From Eledone cirrhosa (lineage: Eukaryota): a stretch of 64,000 bases of DNA. The notes under the pieces were generated by a model. The model saw only the letters and a program-made list of their open reading frames with translations, was not told the origin of the DNA and searched no databases. The position numbers and the translations under genes were made by a program. Shown here piece by piece: positions 58,080 to 64,000 of the stretch (position 1 is its first letter; every line of letters begins with the position of its first letter). Where the stretch lies: contig OZ024743.1 of assembly GCA_964016885.1 (NCBI GenBank), positions 31,372,001 to 31,436,000 on the forward strand. The letters are read 5' to 3'.

Positions 58080-58800
58080 ACGAGGCCAAAAATCACTTAT
58101 CTGCCTCTTTCGAAGTATCTGCTCCTGGTAGTCAAAATAGTAAAGCTAAAGCGTTACAAAAGTGGCAAAGCAGATCCTTGCAATAATTTATTCTGCATGA
58201 GAATGAAAAAGAAGAACAGATCGTGTCATTCCATTATTTGTGCAAATATTTCTACCATCACATGCATACACCGTATGACGTGGACAGCAACGGAAACATA
58301 AACACATCAAATTTAGGAAAGGCGTCTTGCACTCATACACATATAAAGTGGTGGATAGCTCAGCCTGGCCGAACCTCTTCATAATGGCTTCGATATACCC
58401 GAAATACAATGTTTTAGACAGGTTTGTTAAGCCGTTGAACCTGGACGTGAGAATGATTAACTGCAAAGTGGGTACGCTTTGTCAACGGATTATACGCCTC
58501 AGTATAAACCTGGATGGTTAGATATTTCAGTATGACTGGAGACGTCCCATATGTATTCCTTCTCATTATTACAGGAATGAAAGATAATTTGGAGGTACAC
58601 ATTGATAGTGTGTGTCAATTCACTAGAGTTAAGGTTCTAAATCATCTCGTATGTTCGTAGGTATTTCCAACTGCTTCACAAATATCACCTTGATGAAAAC
58701 AAATGGCAGTTGGTAAACCCATTGGTACGTAGTTTCCACCTATGAATGCTTAGAATATGGAGTGGATATCGTTGTGTAGTTGTGTCCATAGACAACAATG
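58080..58800 (-). pseudogene. Possible very old L1/Tx1-type RT remnant
   Basis: Ordered traces VQV.NG, R(FG)QAELSTTLYV (compare VRQGCPLSPLLYV) and VYACD (compare YADD). Confidence 0.3.
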
Positions 58801-59005
58801 TTTTGAACGCTGTATCAAGTTATAAGGCGCCGTAAATAGACGACTGCAAGTTGAATGTTTCATGCATGGCACACGAACCCAGAGAATGCATTAGCAAATT
58901 AATATATATACACATACACTCGCACGCACACATACACACACGTACACCCACACATACACATATCATTATATATATAAATATATATATATACACATATATA
59001 TAGAT

Positions 59006-59057
<52 letters not shown>

Positions 59058-59604
59058 CTGTGTGTGGGGGGGGGGGGGATATGTGTGTGTGTCTGTTTTT
59101 AAAGAGTGGGTGAAGTGAAGGTTAGCTCATAATTGCAAAGTGGTCATCTGTCTATACATAATACGAATCATATTTAATGATTATTGTTCACATTTTAGTG
59201 AAGAGTTTCAGCTGACAGCTAAAGTTTTATGATGATTACTTAGTATTTTATATAGGTATAATATATTTTTTCACTTATAATGTAGCGCATTTTATATGAT
59301 GTTGCACGAAATATGTTTGTGTTGCCGTCTGGATTGCAATGTGAATCAAGAAGTAGGCAAGGCAAACGAAACATTCCAAAATACATGATGGCCCAATCAT
59401 AGATTTACTATTTGGCTCATATTACTGTCATATGTATATTGAAAATAGAAAATATGTAGATATAGTTTTATTTGGAATAAATGTACTGGTGTAGAAGAAA
59501 CCGTGCATATACATGTAGATGTATATATATGGTATATATTCAGTAGTCATAAGGCAAAGGGAAATTACATAGCGAATTGAAATTTGGCTGTGTTCTCAGA
59601 TACT

Positions 59605-59804
59605 NNNNNNNNNNNNNNNNNNNNNNNNNNNNNNNNNNNNNNNNNNNNNNNNNNNNNNNNNNNNNNNNNNNNNNNNNNNNNNNNNNNNNNNNNNNNNNNN
59701 NNNNNNNNNNNNNNNNNNNNNNNNNNNNNNNNNNNNNNNNNNNNNNNNNNNNNNNNNNNNNNNNNNNNNNNNNNNNNNNNNNNNNNNNNNNNNNNNNNNN
59801 NNNN
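59605..59804. other. Assembly gap, 200 N
   Basis: Run of n. Confidence 1.
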
Positions 59805-60578
59805 GAGATGAGAGTAAAAAGTGGAGAGGGAGGAGTATAATGAGGAAGGAGGAGATAGGAGGAGAGATGGGTGATAGAGAGAGGTAGCTTTTATAACTGA
59901 GAAAGATATATTGTTTTACATAGAGAGGTTGAAAACCGTTGGAAGATAATGTAAAAATTAAAAGACTTTGAAAATTAACGAAGAGAAAAATAATGTAAAG
60001 TTAAGGTTTGTATATTGAGGGGTTTGATAATATGTGCGATGAAAAAGAAAATGTTAATATCTATTGAGAATAATAATATTTAAGGTTTAATAATATGTGC
60101 GATGTTAAGAAAATGTTGATATGTATTATTAAAAGGAATAAAACAGGTTATTTAAGTAAGGAGATATTGAGATGAGCATGAATGAGTTAGATGAAAGGGA
60201 GAAAAAGAATAATGAATTGAGGATGAATAATCTAACGTCAAAAAAATGTGTATATGTTTACGAAGGATTTTTACAAGGTAATATAGAGTAAGAGTGTATT
60301 GTATTATGTAATAATTGATACTATGTTAGGCAAGAGTGAGAAAAGGTACAGATTAGGGGTTAGACATTAAAAGAAGAAGAGAAGAAAGGGAAGTGATAAA
60401 TAGAATGAGTAACAAGTATTATAGAATGTATAATTATAGAAGTATTATAGAATGTATAATTATAGAATGTATAATAACCTTTGAAATAAGGTAGAAAGAT
60501 GGGTATATTTTTAAAAGAAGTGTATATATATATATGTGCCTTTGAGAAAAAGATTCTAAATTGATAAAGAATTGAATC

Positions 60579-62075
60579 TTAGCTGTATACTTTGTGAAAT
60601 GTTTTATGGAATGTATGCAAGCAGATAGAAAACAAGTCAGTGCGTCTATTTATTATAGAATCTAAATTAGAAATAATGGTAAATTTTTCATTTAGACAGA
60701 GATTGCAAATTTTGGATAGAGAAGTGTTCAAGTTTGAATACGCAAAAGAAACCTTCTTCCAAAAGATGCTATATTTAAAATTTTTGTCTTTCAAGGACCA
60801 TATGAGTTCTGAGAGAGCCGTGTTGGTTCTTTTAAGTTTGTATTTAAAAGACGAATGATGGTTATAAAGACGAGCTTTAAAAGAGGTGGAAGTGGAGCCA
60901 AAATAGGTGAAGGAATTGGTGTCAGTTATAACTTTACATTCGTAAATTAAGTTTTTATCAAGACAATGGTTGTTGAGAGGATATTTATTTTTAATAGGGC
61001 AATTGCAATTGCGATTAGAGAGATTATTAATGAGTGACCTACTGTTATCTATAGAAGGAATTGGATTGGAGAAGTTATTTGCGATAGGAATAATAGTTTC
61101 TTGATTTAGAATGGGATTAAGAACATTTAGCGAAGTTGTGTTTGACGTTGTATTTGGGTTTGTAGAAATTAGCCTAGGGTTTACAATGACGTCGGGAGTA
61201 CTATTATTATGATATTCAGTGTTGGAAGGAAGAGATTTAGTATTTAGTATTTTATTGTTGTGTTTAGAGATAATGTTGGAGGATGTAGAATAGGAAAATG
61301 TTATAGTGTGTTTGTTAAATATTTTACTATAGATATGTGAGGGAGGGAAGCATTTATTTAAGGCACTAAAGAATAATTTAGGAATATTGTTATTAATAGA
61401 GATGGAGAAAGGAGCATTATACCAGATTATGTTTTTGTATCTAGGTCTTTTATTAAAGTTATTGGAATGATCATGATTAATTATTCTACTGTAATTTCTT
61501 CTAGAATTTGTTTCTTTACTATATTTGATTTTATCAGGATAGCCGGCTTTAGAAAGCGCGTTTTTGTAGTAATTGGCGTTAGCATCAATGATGTTTTTAT
61601 TAGAAGATAGGTTAGATATTCTTTTTCCAATATTACTAACTATAGCATTCTTGATATTAGTAGGATGGTTAGATTTAAAGTTAACATAATTTAGGTTCTC
61701 ATTGTTTTTATGGTAAGGGAAATATAGGCCAGTGTCAAGATTAAGAGATACATCCAAGAAATTAGCTAGTTTGATGCTGTTATCAAATTCAATTTTTAGG
61801 TTATGTTGGTTAAAGAGATTACGTATATTGTTCTTAAAAATATTAAGGTTAACTATGTTGCAATTTAAGATAGTAAAGAGTCCATCGTCACGATAAATTC
61901 CACCGCGAAGTTGAGGAATTTTCCGACCCAAAGAGTTCAAAATAAAGATACCAATTAAATCTGTCAATTGCGATGAATCGGATGCTCCCATTGTGATGTC
62001 GAAGTTGTTAAAGGTATCGGCTCTGGTCAAATATTCGTTGTTGAACTCTAGGATGGTTTTATGTGCGGTATACAT
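60579..62075 (-). CDS. PLE RT plus GIY-YIG endonuclease, N-terminally truncated, uninterrupted
   Basis: FDITMGASD, GIYRDDGL, NFLDV, SNHP, IWYNAPFS, CNC...PL...C, LIY...YFGST...FKARLYNH, CNLCLNEK. Confidence 0.85.
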   Translation of the reverse strand: MYTAHKTILEFNNEYLTRADTFNNFDITMGASDSSQLTDLIGIFILNSLGRKIPQLRGGIYRDDGLFTILNCNIVNLNIFKNNIRNLFNQHNLKIEFDNSIKLANFLDVSLNLDTGLYFPYHKNNENLNYVNFKSNHPTNIKNAIVSNIGKRISNLSSNKNIIDANANYYKNALSKAGYPDKIKYSKETNSRRNYSRIINHDHSNNFNKRPRYKNIIWYNAPFSISINNNIPKLFFSALNKCFPPSHIYSKIFNKHTITFSYSTSSNIISKHNNKILNTKSLPSNTEYHNNSTPDVIVNPRLISTNPNTTSNTTSLNVLNPILNQETIIPIANNFSNPIPSIDNSRSLINNLSNRNCNCPIKNKYPLNNHCLDKNLIYECKVITDTNSFTYFGSTSTSFKARLYNHHSSFKYKLKRTNTALSELIWSLKDKNFKYSIFWKKVSFAYSNLNTSLSKICNLCLNEKFTIISNLDSIINRRTDLFSICLHTFHKTFHKVYS

Positions 62076-62530
62076 ATCAACATTTTCTTAACATCGCATA
62101 TTATTAAACCTTAAATATTATTATTCTCAATACATATTAACATTTTCTTTTTCATCGCACATATTATCAAACCCCTCAATATACAAACCTTAACTTTACA
62201 TTATTTTTCTCTTCGTTAATTTTCAAATTCTTTTAATTAATACATAATCTTCCAACGGTTTTCAACCTCTCTATGTAAAACAATATATCTTTCTCAGTTA
62301 TAAAAGCTATATCTCTCTCTCTATTACCCATCTCTCCTCCTATCTCCTCCTTCCTCATTATACTCCTCCCTCTCCACTTTTTACTCTCATCTCCTCCTCT
62401 TTTTCATCCCCCCCCTCTAATTAAAATATTTTTCCCAATAACACACATCAATCTAAAACTACTTTTTATATGTTGATTTAAAACTGAAATATCCACAGGT
62501 GTTTTTTAACCTTCATGTCATGTCTTCCTG

Positions 62531-62597
62531 TTTTATCTGATGAAAACACAAATATTATTGCATGATGATATTTGTTTTTGAAATGCGGATAATAAAA
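62531..62597 (+). ncRNA. Type I hammerhead ribozyme motif
   Basis: ttttat-CTGATGA-stem II (acaaatattat/atgatatttgt)-GAAA-tgcgga-TA-ataaaa; 6-bp stem I. Confidence 0.72.
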
Positions 62598-62899
62598 TAC
62601 ATGAACTCTTTTCACCATCTTTTGTTCTTATATATAACATATATAATATATATATGTATGTATATATTTACATATGTATGTTCTTCTGGTTTTATAATTT
62701 CACAAATGTTTCCCAATAGAGAGAGATTCTGTTACTAAAATAGTTACAAGACATTCTCATTGGAATTTACACAACATCAACTAGGTAGATTATGTATGCA
62801 TGTCTGCATGTGTAGATATGGATGTTATTGTATGTGTCGATGCGGATGTTTTGAGTTGTATGTGTGCATGTGTATATCCTTTGTATCTGTACATGTGTA

Positions 62900-64000
62900 T
62901 ATGCAGTTTTTAGATGCAACATTTTTGAAATGTTTTACATATTTTTACTGGATTGTACTTGTAATTTCTTGACTAGTTGTGTTCTTTCTGTTCCTGTGAA
63001 GTCTAGCCTCTCAAGATTTGTATTGAGGCAGTTACTAACATACCCCAGTGCCCCAATAATCACAGGCATAAATCTGAAGGTGTAATCAGGGTGGAGTATC
63101 TGCAGATTTCTCGTCAGTTCTGCATAAATATTCTCCTTTTCACTAATCTTTGATATTATATTGGCATCTGCTGGGCAGTTAATTTACACTACTGTGCATG
63201 TTTTATTCTCCCTGTCCCATATCATAATATCTGGTCTGTTAGGCCTGCATTTTATTGGGGTTTTTACTGGAACATTCCACCAGTACTCTTTCATATTATG
63301 TACATGGATGTCTTCCATATTGTTGTAGCTTTTAATGTGTTTATTACCGGGGCTATCTTTTTTATGAACTGCATTGTACAGTGTTTTGGCCACTACATCA
63401 TGCCTCATAGGTAGATAGTACCGACACGACATCTTTGGACAGCTGCTGATGACATAGGTGATATCCGCGATGTTAGTTCTGCACAGTCTGCACTTGTTAT
63501 CACATCTAGGTGTTTTGCCTGCATCCCTATCTCTTTTGTGAATCAGGTATTTCGTGTATATCTCCTGTTCTTGGATTGCAAAAGCGTATCCAACAAAGTG
63601 GGAGCCAATATAACAGTTGGTGGTCCATGATAGACTACTTTCCTTATCTATATTACTCACACTCTCGGGCTTTCTGGCAACATATCCATGCATGATTTTT
63701 TGATGAAAAGCATGCAGTTTTTCATCCATAGATTCACTGCGATACTGCTGAGCGACTTCCCTGGATGTGAGTTTTGACTATCACGCAGGGCATATCTCTC
63801 GAGGAATTCCTTGCTAACTCTCATCATCTTATCTGTTTCATGCAGATAGAGTTGCTCGAGAAACGGGCTCCTACGATTTGAGGTTCATAGATGTCGGAGA
63901 GATATGATGCGACATTCAAATGTTGTCTGGACTGATGTTAGGCCTCTGCCTCCCTGCTTACCTTTCAAGTAAAGGCGGTCTATGTCACTGTTGATGTGGA
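62900..64000 (-). mobile_element. R4/Dong-like RLE non-LTR retrotransposon 3' part, decayed, runs off the window
   Basis: DIDRLYL....GGRGL, AIQEQ, CRLC...SSCP, RHDVVAK, NRPDIMIWD and PVIIGALG, with stops. Confidence 0.85.

Larger units (their letters stand above)
59805..62630 (-). mobile_element. Penelope-like element (YRDD type, possibly Nematis-like), 5'-truncated, with inverted 3' arm 62070-62630
   Basis: ORF 60579-62075; 62070-62393 is the reverse complement of 59805-60125. Confidence 0.88.

Noticed and set aside
46200-59600. Short 60-100 aa ORFs as host exons
   Set aside because: No recognisable domains or consistent splice structure; small exons cannot be excluded without RNA data.

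Overview
AT-rich, gene-poor eukaryotic DNA, probably from a cephalopod (Octopus-like); this is inferred from the SINE and LINE families and was not verified. I found no credible host protein-coding gene. The window is a retroelement landscape. A sea of degenerate (TA)n, about 16-42 kb, holds CR1/L2-group and RTE LINE pieces and several Penelope-like element (PLE; RT plus GIY-YIG) families. Elsewhere there are a gag-like ORF1, CRE-like and R4-like restriction-endonuclease LINE fragments, tRNA-type SINEs and a probable Helitron remnant. The main signal is a repeated architecture shared by several unrelated PLE-type families: two inverted arms, one ending flush in (TA)n and the other carrying an extra terminal tail, with type I hammerhead ribozyme motifs in the arms. 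The extreme case is a non-coding 203-bp-arm perfect palindrome (41428-41839) that encodes a hammerhead on both strands. All YIYI-type ORFs are microsatellite artefacts. There is a 200-N gap at 59605-59804.
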